From NCBI GenBank assembly GCA_951406725.2, contig OX597820.1, forward strand, positions 110,980,001 through 111,044,000: a stretch of 64,000 nt of DNA, written 5' to 3'. The notes under the pieces were generated by a model, which searched no databases, was not told the origin of the DNA, and worked only from the letters and a program-made list of their open reading frames with translations. Below are positions 51,140-64,000 of the stretch, piece by piece. The DNA comes from Octopus vulgaris. Lineage: Eukaryota. The translations under genes and the position numbers were made by a program. Numbering within the stretch: the stretch's first letter is position 1; each line of letters starts with the position of its first letter.

Positions 51140-52372
51140 CCAGCATAGGCCCAGGCCATGTCTAACGAAATAGCACCACCTGGTGAAATCTTTTAGTCAT
51201 ATATGGGACACCATAGTCCACTCTAGCAAAGAGTTGGTATTGTTGGAGACATATCTGTGTGTAGGAGGTTTTCCGTTTTGACGCATTTTGGTATGGTATT
51301 AAAGAGAGCTGAACCGGTTGATGTAAAGTAATTTTGACGTATTGTTGCTTTCTGTCCTGAGTTCGATTTTTGTAGTGGGTGGATAGCTCGGGGGCCAAGT
51401 CTTGGATGGATTTCAAAATTGATGCCAATATCATTTGTGCAATATTGATAGAATATTTTTCACATAACACAAATGATGTAGCGCTCCCGGCGGCGTTGGG
51501 GAGAGTAGAGATTGAGTTTTTCTAGTCGACCCCAATATTCAATGCCTCTCATGCCGTCTATCTTTCTTGTTATTGACCTCTGGAGTGCTTCTACTTTCCT
51601 AATGAGTTGCTTCGTATGGGTGGGGACCACAGTGGGCAACAGTATTCAAAGTGGGTTCGGGCAAAAGTAGAGTTGAGAAGGATGATGGTTTAGGCATCTC
51701 TAGACCGGAAAGTTCTCAGAATCTAGAAGCACATCTTGCGAGCCAAGTCAACCTTGCTGTTTACGTGGGAACTCTAGCTTAGATTGTTATCAACAATTAC
51801 TCCAAGGTCTCTGGTGTTGTTAGATGACACTAGGGAGTCGCTCGAGGGAAGAGCATATAGTAATTTCAGACTTTCCTCTTTTTCAAAGTGAATCAAATCA
51901 AACTTATCTTCGTTTAAAAGCATATTGTTTGTTTTTCCGCCCAGATCTGACTGAAGGCATGTTCGATCTCCCATGCCGTTTATGGCTTTCTGGAGTTTGG
52001 AATCATCTGCAGAGTTCTTCAATGTAGAATGATTGATAATATCTACTATGTCCTTGATGTAAATAATGAAGAAGAGTGGGCCCAACACAGTACCTTGTGG
52101 GACACCACTACTGAATTTGGCTGAGCTGGATCATATTTCCTCAAACACATGTTGGGTTCTGTTCGTCAGGAAACACTTTATCCACTGCAGAAGCTTTCCA
52201 CGGACTCCAATGTTGGAGTCAGCAGGATTTTGTGGTCCACTCTGTCAAATGCTTTGCTGAAATCAAGATATATGACGGCAGTGTTGGAGCCCTCTCTCAA
52301 CGCTTTTAAGATGTCATCAAAATGGTGCTTAAGCTGAAACAGGCAGCCTCTACCATCACGGAAACCATGGGT
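51140..52372 (-). mobile_element. CR1-like LINE RT fragment, degraded
   Basis: HGFRDGRGC, VIYLDFSKAFDRVDHKILL, SGVPQGTVLGPLFFIIYI, ADDSKL, RDLGVIVDNNLS. Confidence 0.88.
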
Positions 52373-52836
52373 ATGTAAATATATATATGTGTATGTGTAT
52401 TTACATATACACCAACACAACCACACACACTCACACACATACACACAAACACGTAATTGTTTATCATTATATAAACGCATAACAATATTTTATGTGCATG
52501 TGTGTGTACGTGTGTGTGTATGTGTATGTATGTGCTTGCGTGCGTTCGTGTTTCCGTGTGTTTATGTGTATGTGTGCATGTATATGTGTGGTTATGTATA
52601 TTTAAAAGTTGTACATCGCCTTTGATATTTGATATAATAAAGGATATCTTCCTCTCCAGACAAAGACCTTATCTAAATGGAGGGAAACCATATGTTGTTA
52701 AATAGATAGAGAGAGAGAGAGAGAGAGATCGACAGATAGATAGATATAAAGAGAGAGGGGAGAGATAGTGAAAGAGGGAGAAAGAGAGAGAGAGAGAGAG
52801 AGAGAGTGAGAGACAAAGACAAAGACAGACAGATAT

Positions 52837-52879
<43 letters not shown>

Positions 52880-53697
52880 AGAAAAAGCAGAGATGGAGAC
52901 TGAGGGGGAGAGAGAGAGAGAGAGAGAGAGAGTAAAACATAGACGGAGACAAAAACAGACAGGTAGACAAACAACCAGGCAGACAGACAGACAGACAGAT
53001 AGATAAACTACGTATATGTATGTATCTCCGCATATGCATGTGTCGACATGTGTGCGTGTGTATGTGTGTGCGTTTGCATGTGTGCATACATGTATATGTG
53101 TGTTTGGCTGCGTATATATTTTTGCGCCTGTGTATCTTTGTGTTTGTGCATTTGAATGTATGTGCATCTATATGTGTATCTATATGTGTACTTATGCGTA
53201 TATATGCTTACACTTTGGCGTATATGTGCGCATTTGAGTATATATATATGTTTAGATGAGCGTTTATGTGTGGGCATGTACATATATGTGTGTATAATTA
53301 TGCGATCGAAAGAAGAGATACATTTATGTCACATTAACACAATATATCTTTTTTATTTCTGCAACTGTACTTGTATGCGTGAATGTGTGTGTTTATGAAT
53401 GTGTTTATGTGTTTGTGCATATGTGGTTGTGAATGTGTGCGTATGTGTTTTCATGACTATATGTGTGTTTATTTCCATATGTGGATGTGTACGGGCGTAT
53501 TAGCCAAGTGTTGTGTGGCACAGGATAGCTCACGAACCTATTTTCATCTGACATATTATGCCAAGATTCAGACACAGACAGACTTAAAACAAACTTGTCT
53601 GTGTACAGGTCAATGGCTGCTTAAAGATTAACTTACAGAAACTAAGAGAGGTCATACACCACAGCAATTTATTCTCTTGGTAATATTTTAGAATCCT

Positions 53698-53913
53698 TAA
53701 GGTGGTGAGCTGGCAGAATCGTTAGCACGCCGGGCAAAATTCTTAACGGCATTTCGTCAGTCTTTATATTCTGAGTTCAAATTCCGCCGAGGTCAACTTT
53801 GCTCTTCATCCTTTCGGGGTCGATAAAATATGTACCAGCCGAGCATTGGGGCTCGATGTAATCGACTCAGCCTCTTTCCCGAAACTACTGGCATTGTGCT
53901 AAAGTTTGAAGGC
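53698..53913 (+). mobile_element. Full-length SINE family B with 16-bp TSD
   Basis: AATATTTTAGAATCCT at 53682-53697 and 53914-53929. A-box-like TGGCAGAATCG and B-box-like GAGTTCAAATTC. Confidence 0.92.
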
Positions 53914-54487
53914 AATATTTTAGAATCCTGTCAAAATAGCTTTAAGTGAACTGCTACCCTAAAAACACGGTTAGGGAGGAAAATTCAGGGCCAGATATTC
54001 TGCAAGGAGGATTAAAACCTTGTGGTTAGTGAGGCAGTGAAAGGGGAACATATCATGGGCGACGAAACGAGATGGAATGAATGAGTTATGTTGCTACTGG
54101 TTGACGTGACGCGGGAAGAGCTAGTTCCGAAATGTGGTAACGATAAGAAACGCAGAGTGGTAACCCAGCCCAACTGCGGACCAGAGATTGGAGTGTACTG
54201 GTGAGTCTCAATTATTAAAATTCTTCACATTGCATCCACAATATAATGCTTCACCGTGAAAAAGTGATATAAGACACATAGGTATGAATCACATTGTTGT
54301 TACAAGGAAGTCTCACATATTTCACTCACAAATATATTTGTATGATGAAAGTGTCAATTATTACTTAGTTGTATCATGAAATTTTATCTTAAATAATTGT
54401 TTCTTAAATAGTGAAAGACGAACTTGCTTCTGTATTATTAGACTGCGTCAATGAAGGATATTCTGTCGAATTGTAAAAATGTGTGTG

Positions 54488-54541
<54 letters not shown>

Positions 54542-56274
54542 TGAATAGATGTGGATAAATATCCAGGTTATGGCTAACCGCATCGAGTTGTAAGAAACAT
54601 AGGATTACTTAAGCAGCCCCGCTGGATTTCATCCGATGGCTACATCTTGGGTGCGCTTCGCTGGATTATAAATATTTTACCGAGTGTACGAGATATCCAA
54701 GTCAATCACAATGAATATGGAGATTAGTACATCTGCATATTTTTCTACCGTTAATTATTGAGAATATTTGATTTACACATGCGAGACTCTATCGTATCTT
54801 CAGTTACTATACAGAACAGCCACCACTCCTCCATCGAGGTATTTTTCTTCAACCATAATGTTCATATTATAAACAAAATATTTACGTACAGAGATCTTTA
54901 TAAAATATTAAAACATTTTTAGCTTTCACGAGGATATGTTTGCTATGAATATCAGTTCGATCATTCAATCTGTATTGGTTGTGCTTACAGTCCATTGTTG
55001 ATAGGTTTTATTCTTTGCAACCGTTAGCGAAGGTGGGGGGAGACAAACGAGTGGTTTAAGACTCCGCTCACATAAAAACGATGAAATGCTTATCATGCAA
55101 ATAACCTCAACTTGTTTGCGGTGGCAGCCATGGATCTGAAAATAGCGGCCTGATAGCAGACGAGCGCTCGACATCTGAAAACTACCCGTCGCCCCACTTT
55201 TTTTTCATTATGCTATGTGTAATATGAATAACAATCACTAAAAAGAAAAGAAAAACGGATGATACATTGTCACATGGCAAGTAGCAGAATTCTTCTTAAA
55301 CATAAAATAAAATTGTAAAAGTTGGAGCTGAAGTTATATTTACTTCATTTACATAAAACATCATTGACATTTTTTGATTAGAAAAACTCATTTAGATAAT
55401 GAATGTTCTCCTCATTAAGGGTGTAATTATAATTATTTAAAACATCTTGGTTTGTTACATCAATTATGCTAGCACCTAGCTCACCGTTTTAATTCATGGG
55501 ATTGTAGCAATTAAGGTAAAAGCGCCTATTTAACCCTCGGTCAATCTCGATTGAATAAACTGTCAATCAAAGATGTTACAGCCATTAGTAGCCATTATTT
55601 TTACAGCTACATCATCGAATTCCTTCCTTCTTTTTAAGACATTAGAGCGTGATTTGGATGTTATTTCTTTCAAATTTGCTTTGAAATGTTTGGTAGAATT
55701 CGCAGGTAATAGCACGTATTATTTTACAGGGATCACGATGCGAACGATTATACCTCGATCCCTGCATACCCTGTCTGGAAGAGATCAACCCGTGCAATGA
55801 AGCTTGACCCAGAATTGAAAAACACCGACTCCTTGATCACAAGTTGAATGAAAGTCACCAACATGAACAACCTGCAACTCCTTGCTGACATTGCCTCTAC
55901 TGATATTAGACAGGGAGTGGCCAATTGAGTCGAGATAACAAAAGTTATAAGTGATGAGCGCCACATCCTCCTTAAACGTTAAATTCCTGCCCAATAACTG
56001 AAGTCAATAAGCTTCCTCAACCATGCCCAGTCTGTGACAATATCTCAGAAGAAACCAGACTTGGGCTCTGGATGGAAAAGCTTAAAACCGACTCTTTTTC
56101 CATTGACCTGAGAATCCACCAACCCCTGCTAAAGGCCTCCCCACTGGCTTAGAAACAGTATAAGTTCAGTGGAAGCACCATAAGTTCTCAAGCGACCGAG
56201 AAGGAGAACGTGAGGATCAAAAGTTGCTTTGGTCAGAGAGGAACTACAAGACTGGCCAAGCCACCTGTGAATGT

Positions 56275-56520
56275 AGAGACAGCCTCAAGATAGACGCCCT
56301 TACTGTTGACAACCTTAAATTAGACACCCGTAACGTTGATACTCTTATAATAAAATGCCAATAACGTAGATACTCTTAACGCAGACACTTTTAAAGTAGA
56401 CACGCTAAACGTTGACAACTTTAAGATATGCATTGTTAATATACAGTAGATATCCGTAACAAAGACACCTTTAAATATATACCCTCAACGTAGACACCTT
56501 TAAGATAGACACCTTAACAC
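56275..56520 (+). repeat. Degenerate 15-bp minisatellite (~16 units, consensus near GTAGACACCCTTAAC)
   Basis: Units such as TAGACACCCGTAACG, TAGATACTCTTAACG and TAGACACCTTTAAGA. Confidence 0.8.
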
Positions 56521-56957
56521 AATTCTCAGGTCGTATAAGTATGACAAGGCTGGGTCTAGGGGAAGAAAAAAGAAAAAGAATGTGGGAGGGAGAAACAGAA
56601 AGAGAGAGAAGGAAGAAGAGAAGAATGAGAGGAGTAGAGAGAGGGAGAGACAAGAGGAGAAGAATCGGTCACAGTATGAGACTGGTACTGTATTAATCAA
56701 TCCAGAAAGGAAGGTAAAGTTGACTTCAGCACTGATTTAAGCACAGAGCACAGTCAGAACGTATGCTAGGGCAAAGAATTCTACCCGATGCTTCTATAGA
56801 CATTTATTATGGGGATGCCGTGATTATCTATGTTTGTGTGTGTGCAGAAGGGGATGTAAGCGATTGTATATGTATAGGTACGTGTATGGGATTGCTTAAA
56901 GAAGTGTAAAATATTTACAATGTATGTATAGATGTAGACCAGCCCTAACTGTAGAAT

Positions 56958-57133
56958 TTTGTTCCAGATAAACTTCTCCTTAGAGACTTTCTGTTTGAAA
57001 AAAAAGAAGCTAGCTTGGTTTCCCTCATCACTGAGGAGGTGAACTTAAGCCAAAACACCAGCGTTGCACCGTTATTCAACGCAAGTTGTGTTTTTAGCAT
57101 CCACTCACTAAAGAGAAGTTTATCTGGAACAAA
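56958..57133. repeat. 26-bp inverted repeat enclosing ~125 bp
   Basis: TTTGTTCCAGATAAACTTCTCCTTAG / CTAAAGAGAAGTTTATCTGGAACAAA. Confidence 0.8.
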
Positions 57134-57222
57134 GGCTTAAAACCAGAGGCAATCTACTTTTCTATATAGATTGATGTACACATTCGTTATATTAATCTAA
57201 TTTTATTTCAAGTGCCAACATC

Positions 57223-57341
<119 letters not shown>

Positions 57342-57400
57342 TTCGTTCTTGGATTTGGTTTGCAAGATTCTTTATATGAGTTCGTGTATTGAAGCATAGT

Positions 57401-57537
57401 CTGTTGTGTCTGGGTAGAGTTATTCTCTTTTAGTGCCTTATTATTTAACACACTCACCGGTAAAATTTCCACTTTTACCGGTGAGTGTGTTAAATAATAA
57501 GGCACTAAAAGAGAATGACTCTCCCAGACACAAACAG
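57401..57537. repeat. Fold-back palindrome (65-bp arms, 7-nt loop) of a dispersed repeat
   Basis: Arms 57401-57465 and 57473-57537. An unfolded homolog lies at ~27330-27412. Confidence 0.9.
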
Positions 57538-57561
57538 TATATATATATATATATATATATC

Positions 57562-57615
<54 letters not shown>

Positions 57616-57633
57616 ATATATATACTGTAACTG

Positions 57634-57669
<36 letters not shown>

Positions 57670-58613
57670 TGCAACTGCGATTTGAGTACCTTTCCTCTAT
57701 TCTTTACCAAAATATGTATTCTGTGTGTGTTTGTATGTGTGCGAGTGTGTGTGCATGCGCGCGCGTATGTGGTTGTGTGTGTGTGTACGTATACATTGTA
57801 TACATGTGTGAAAACATGCATTGATGCAGACGTACATGCACGCATACTTACAGGCAAAACACAAATATGTACTATTATACATACATAGATACATACATAC
57901 ATACGCACGTACGTACATACATACATCCATACATCCATACATCCATCCATCCATCCATCCATCCATCCATCCATACATACATATATACATATATACATAC
58001 GTACGTACGTACATACATACATACATGCATACATACATACATGCATGCATGTGTGCATTCGTGCATGTATTCTTATTATAAAACAACTTGCTGAGTGACA
58101 CAAAGCCTATAGTTATTGGATTCTCAAATCCCCCATTTTTTACCAACTTTAAAATTACAATATCTTAACACCATCTGCTAATCTCTGTTTCCTGCATTCA
58201 GAAAACCAATTCCGACTCTATTTGCTCTAACACAGACATTTTTTCACACCTTATTTTTATTTATTCATTTATTTATTTATTTATTTTATTTAATCGCATA
58301 ACTTGCTGAACATAAGGTTATCTCATGAACAATTCTCCGTAAGAAATTATGGTGTGTATATTATAGGTATCATTTCTTGTTTGATTTTTTCAATTTTATT
58401 TTATTTATAATAATTGGTGATATTAATATGCTTAGTCTTGTGAAATATATCAAAAACATAATAATGTTTGTGTGTGTGTAAGCTCATCTTCAGAAACAGT
58501 GTACCCAAAAATCAATACCGTTGCTGCTGGCTAAAGCCAAGTCTTCCTTTACAGAACTGATTTATGATAAATGCTACCCTGGCGGTGACTATTCCGTCTT
58601 TTTCTTATCTTTA

Positions 58614-58815
58614 TCTTTTACTTGTTTCAGTCATTAGTCTGCGATCAAGCTGGAGCACCACATTGAGAAATCTTAGTCAAACTAGTTGACTCCAGTACTT
58701 ATTTCCTTTTTAAGCCTGGTATTTATTATATCGGTTCTTTTGCCGAACCGCTAAGTTACTAGGGACAAACACACCAACATCGGTTGTCAAGCGGCGGTGA
58801 GGGACAAACACACAT
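58614..58815 (-). mobile_element. SINE family A, 3' half
   Basis: TTTTACTTGTTTCAGTCATT...GCCGAACCGCTAAG...CGGTTGTCAAGC. Confidence 0.85.
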
Positions 58816-58834
58816 ATGATATAATAAGCTTAAA

Positions 58835-59720
58835 GCTACCACCGCGCCAAGAGGGTGGGTGCATCAAGGTCTTACTTTATTCCAGTTTTCACAGCAAAAG
58901 ATTCAGAGAGCCTACCACCAAAGTTATCTCTAGCTTTCATATTTTGATGCAAAGCCCTGATCGTATTTACAAATTTTTCTGGGCAATGCATTTTCCTTAG
59001 AATTAGCAACAGAGCATTTTGATTAACAGTATCGAATGCTTTGCTCAAATCAACAGAGCAATGGTATAGAGCAAGGTTCTGTTCAATGCACTTTCTGATA
59101 CAATCAGCTGTGCCTCTGGAGGGACGAAAACCACACTGAGACTCAGACACTATATTTGGAACTATGAAGGTATTTAAAAGTTCTAACAAAATGCGGGCAA
59201 GTACCTTTCCAACCTCTTGTTGAAATTATCAAGAAGTGTGCACACATTCCAACAACCGAAATTCAAATTATGTTTATTTTTATTTTTTCTTGAAGATTGT
59301 TTGACCACAGTGACAGGATGACGACCGGGTCCAGCGTGTGATACACTGGGACTCCTGCAGAGCCAAACCTGTTCCCTTGACGTTCTCAAGCCTATTTTGC
59401 CATTTAGTGAATCTGTTTGAGACATTTTAGAGTAAGTTACAAGTGCATCTTTAGGTTTCTGCCAACCAACCAATTCAATGATTTTACTAAGATTTGGTGT
59501 AAAGGAAGTACTTGTTCAAATGAATAATTTTCGTGGGTGTAGCATGCACTGCACTACCTTGGCCCAAGAAGACTTTCGCCGGTGTGACATGAAAATTGAC
59601 AAAACCAAGAACTTCCAAGGCCTCAGGTTTTATTTCGGAGATTTCCTTCTCCTAGGTAGATTACCAACCAAGGTTAAAGAGCTTCTTCCTGCCCATGAGG
59701 TAAGCTAACCCATACCAGAC
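58835..59720 (-). mobile_element. Internally deleted RTE-like LINE (5' region and EN start joined to RT)
   Basis: LNFGCWNVCTLLD, joined shortly afterwards to ESQCGFRPSRGTAD...VDLSKAFDTV...CPEKFVNTIRALHQNM...SESFAVKTGIK. Confidence 0.85.
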
Positions 59721-60024
59721 ACCAAACCGACACTCAAACATTCTATAAAGTGATCAAATATCACTCCGGTGAGCGACGCGGAGTAGCTCATACATACATA
59801 AAAAAAGATATGTACGATATGTGATTTGCAAATGTAAATAAGAATTAAATAGAAATAATATATATAAATATAAAAAAGTAAAAGATATGCAATTGAAAAA
59901 TATAAAGTAAGATTTAACTATAAATGATATATATATATATATATATATATATAAGTAAAAATATACATATATATATATATACATAAAAAAAAAGATATAT
60001 ATATATTTACAGATATTTTGTAGG

Positions 60025-63000
60025 ATGGCCGTTGTCTGTTCACTCGCGCTGGTGTTCAGACATGTTTTTGATTCGCTCCGCTGAGAGGTATTGCTGTGCT
60101 ATTTTGTTGTATTGTTGAACTTTTTCTTGTGTTAGTCGCAAAGACTACTTGTTTTCTGGTGTTACAGCAGATTTGTTTGTTTTGCCCCTTGTTTCAAGGG
60201 GGAAAGAAAATTTTATTATGAATTTGACACCTATTTCTTCTGAGGAGGGGGAAAATTTCGACATATTACTACAAGCCATGTTTGAAAATATATCGAAAGA
60301 AATTGAGACTGTTGAACAGGGGGAAGATGTGCATGTTTTAAAAGCGAAAGAAAATGCCTGGTGAACATGTGGAAAAACCAAAAGTGAATTTTGCTGCAGC
60401 AACAAACCGTTTAAGTGAAGACAGGAATATCAAAAAGAAAGAGCTACAGAAATATAAAGGGCTACTTCACAAGGAGGGATATGATGTTAAATTGGTCCTA
60501 CCAAGTCAGATGATGCATACAACTGAAAGAAGACGTTGATTTACAAAATGTTTCACGTGAAACGAAAAAAAAGACTCTGTGTCTAAAGAAGCAATAGAGA
60601 AGTACTTAAGCAATAGAGAAGCAATAGAGAAGTACTTATGTAACTAGGGGAAGACGGTTTGGGACAGTGTAGGCTCGTTTTCCTAGTGAAGAAAATGCTA
60701 GGAAACACTCCACAATCAACCTAAAATCTACAGAGGTGGTTCTCCTGCCAACTTACCTCAGAAGGCAGACTTCCAAAGTAAGGGTGAGCGAAATTCCACC
60801 AGAAATAGATGTGGCATGGCTGGTGGCCGCCATTATCATGGGCCTGGAGGAGAAAATTACCATCCTCCAAGCAACCAGATACCATCACATGAACCGGATA
60901 GGACAGGCTCTCGAAATGATCATCCAAGCTGCGCCCCTCGACCTAGAAGAAATCCCCAATTCCATTTTAATTGGGGAGGACACTAGCCTGAAGCTCCTGG
61001 TCGAGGGGCGCAAGCCAAGATGTTACAAATGTGGTGAGAAAGACCACATCAGAGCAGAATGCGAGAAAGGAAAAAGGAAAGAAGACAACCACACCACAAA
61101 AGAAACCACAGCACCAGAAAAGGCAACTGCACCACCAGGAAAACCACATCACCAGAAAAAGCAATCGCGGTGCCTCTACATACCGAAGAACAGCCGGCAC
61201 CGCGGGAAGACACTAATAACCAGGAGTGGGTAATCGTTGAAACGTCAAAGGGAAGACGGATACGTAAAGATGTTACAAATGTGGTGAGAAAGACCACATC
61301 AGAGCAGAATGCGAGAAAGGAAAAAGGAAAGAAGACAACCACACCACAAAAGAAACCACAGCACCAGAAAAGGCAACTGCACCACCAGGAAAACCACATC
61401 ACCAGAAAAAGCAATCGCGGTGCCTCTACATACCGAAGAACAGCCGGCACCGCGGGAAGACACTAATAACCAGGAGTGGGTAATCGTTGAAACGTCAAAG
61501 GGAAGACGGATACGTAAAGACCCCACCTCATCGGATACACCGACTTGTGCACCCACAGAGACACGCGCAAGCACACACACACTCCCACAAATACATACGC
61601 AAGCACACAAGTATTCAAAAAAACACACACACTCACAAACACACACGCACAAAAAATACACACGCATCCACAAACACACATGCAAGCACACACGCACCTA
61701 CAAACACACACGTATCTACAAGCACACATGCATCTACAAACACGCACGCACCCTCAAACACACACGCATCAACAAGCACACACACACATTCCTCACCAAT
61801 CACCCATTTAAAAAAGATTAACAACATAATGGTAATAAACAACAATAACAAACTCTTAAAAGAAAAAATTCAAGTAATTGCGTCAGCAAAAAGATACAAA
61901 ATAACAGAGATAATTTTAGTAGCGCCACATGTCGAATTTTACACCATTAACAGTACTTCAACCATACGGTCTTTGACGGACCCACATGGTCGTTCAGTAA
62001 ACAAACTCGAAGAGATGTTCGAGGTGTTTCACGAGTATTTCACCCAGCTTTTCGGGAAGGGCGGCAGACCGGAATGTAGGGAGGAGCTCGCAGACTTCCG
62101 CGAGAGGATGCGGTGCGCCGCGCCTCTTGGGCAGGATACGGAATCTTGTGAAGGGCCGATCACAGCTACGGGGGTCGAGGTAGCGGTAGCAGATTGCGGT
62201 GGGGACAAATCGCCAAGACTTGATGGTTTGCCTTATGAACTGTATTGTAGTATGCCAGATTTGTTTGGGCATCTACTTGCATGCGTGTACACCAACTGGC
62301 AACAGAATTGGAGAATTCCCAAGTCTGTGAACCGGGGGTTGTGGAGATGCTAAGAAAGGACCCAAACAAAGGGGACGTAATTGATAATTTTCGGCCCATC
62401 ACTCTCCTTAATGCAGAGTTGAAGATTTTGGCCAGGGTTTTAGCAAAAAGGTTGGCGCGGGTCGTGAGTGGACTTCTTGGGGAAGCGCAAACATGTGCCA
62501 TCCTTGGCAGCTCCGTTCACGACAATCTCCACTTTCTACGCCATGCTTTAGAGAGGGTAAATAGAATTTCTGGCAACGGTAGGGCTATGGTCCATTTAGA
62601 CCAATCCAAAGTGTTCGATAGGGTTGACCATTTGTAACTGGCGGCGGTCCTTGCGGCAGTTAGTTTCGGCCCGATCTTCCGTGGGCGGGTCATTGCTTTA
62701 TACAGCGACATCGAATCGATAGTTCGAGTGAACGGTTTCTTTACGGAGCCGTTCTACGTTGAACAATCGGTGCATCAAGGGTACCCTCTCTCTCCGCTTC
62801 TGTACATTTTGGTCCTCGATCCATTGCTGAGGAAGTTGGAGGCTATGAGGGGCACTCCACAATATCTAGGGTGCGGAAAGTCAGCTTCGGCGTACGCGGA
62901 TGACATCACTATGATCATATCTCAGGTCGAGCACCTACAGTGGGTAGGTGAGGCCATAAGGGATTACCAAGCGGTGGCAGGAGCAAAAATTAATCGCGAT

Positions 63001-63346
63001 AAATCGGTCGGCTTGCTACTCGACACCTGGAGGGGCAAGTCGATACCGTCCGACAACGTCGTGGGACGTTGGATGGACAGTCCGGTGAAAATGCTTGGAA
63101 TTTGGTAAGGTCCAAATCTCCAGATAGAGGAGAATTGGAGCGAGGTGGCGGGCAACTCAGACCTGGTCTGAGCGGAAGCTGTCTCTGAAAGGGAGGGCGG
63201 AGGTTGCAGAGGTGTTTATCACATCTGTAATTACCTACCGCCTGACTGTCATCCCATGTCCCGATTCGTGGCTAAACAAGTTGGAACGCATGCTCTTCCG
63301 CTTTCTGTGGAGGGGCAGGGGACCTCTTGTAAAGCGGTCTATCTGC
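60025..63346 (+). mobile_element. Tx1/L1-like LINE: ORF1 with zinc knuckle, ORF2 lacking EN, 3'-truncated
   Basis: ORF1 LLVEGRKPRCYKCGEKDHIRAEC. ORF2 KSPRLDGLPYELY, FRPITLLNAELKILA, LDQSKVFDRVDH, SVHQGYPLSPLLY, AYADDI, KINRDKS. Confidence 0.92.
61021..61520 (+). repeat. 250-bp tandem duplication inside ORF1
   Basis: 61021-61270 appears identical to 61271-61520, with AAGA microhomology at the junctions. Confidence 0.92.
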
Positions 63347-63379
63347 TTATATTAATTATATGTATATAATTAATGTAAT

Positions 63380-63487
<108 letters not shown>

Positions 63488-64000
63488 CGTATATTATTTA
63501 ATATTCACCCTCTCCAAAAGTGCTACAAATGGTTTCATGCTTTAGAAAAGTGATTCTCAACTAGGGTCCATATAAGGTTTTGTTGTTAAAATCTATGCGC
63601 AATAAACTTATATTTCTACAATGCACAAAATATTTAAACATTCTTTTATACAATTCTGAATTACATATAATCATAAAAATATAAGAATTTTTATATAATG
63701 AGTGTCGCACCTCCTGAATGAAATAGGAATAAAAAGAGGATCCATAGGCAAAAAATGGTTGAGAAGCACTGCAGTAGAGATGCAATAAATTGACACATTT
63801 ATATAGCATGCTCTGTACCTCCAAGCAATCTGTCAGGCTCAGTGCATATCGTTAGATGTAGCTAAAAACCAGGACACTGGTCTATGAGAAATTACGTAGG
63901 GGGAAAGAAACCAGAAGAATAAAATGCAAAGAAGATTGATGCAAAATGTGGAATGAGAAGAATGAAAAGAAGAGTATGAAAACCAAGATCTTCATCTACT

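Noticed and set aside
54965-55200. Possible minus-strand exon or regulatory island (TTTTCAG acceptors, ATGCAAAT octamer)
   Set aside because: No strong donor site or recognisable peptide, and a single octamer is expected by chance.

Overview
This is AT-rich eukaryotic DNA, very rich in microsatellites and made up almost entirely of nested transposable elements. The repeat repertoire resembles a coleoid cephalopod such as Octopus; that is an inference, not a database result. Recognisable elements include at least six Penelope-like elements (PLEs, RT and/or GIY-YIG) and about nine hammerhead-ribozyme (HHR) motifs in PLE-type termini. There is a complete hAT transposon with an 8-bp TSD and an internally deleted sister copy. 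Other elements are Tx1/L1-like, R4/Dong-like, RTE and CR1-like LINE remnants, a mariner remnant, a Helitron PIF1 helicase fragment, two tRNA-derived SINE families and several fold-back palindromes. Most long ORFs in the track are translated microsatellites. One proline-rich candidate host exon lies on the minus strand at 28034-28244. Four observations stand out. (1) Two PLEs with uninterrupted GIY-YIG ORFs have HHRs carrying a compensatory U3-A8 core in place of C3-G8. (2) A ~2-kb Tx1-like element with ORF1 only and a short TSD sits inside a SINE head. (3) A recurring 'inverted tail + HHR terminus' architecture appears, including a canonical HHR inside a hairpin. (4) An R4/Dong fragment is bracketed by inverted HHR-bearing termini. 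All coordinates and alignments were read by eye, so element boundaries are approximate unless a TSD is given.
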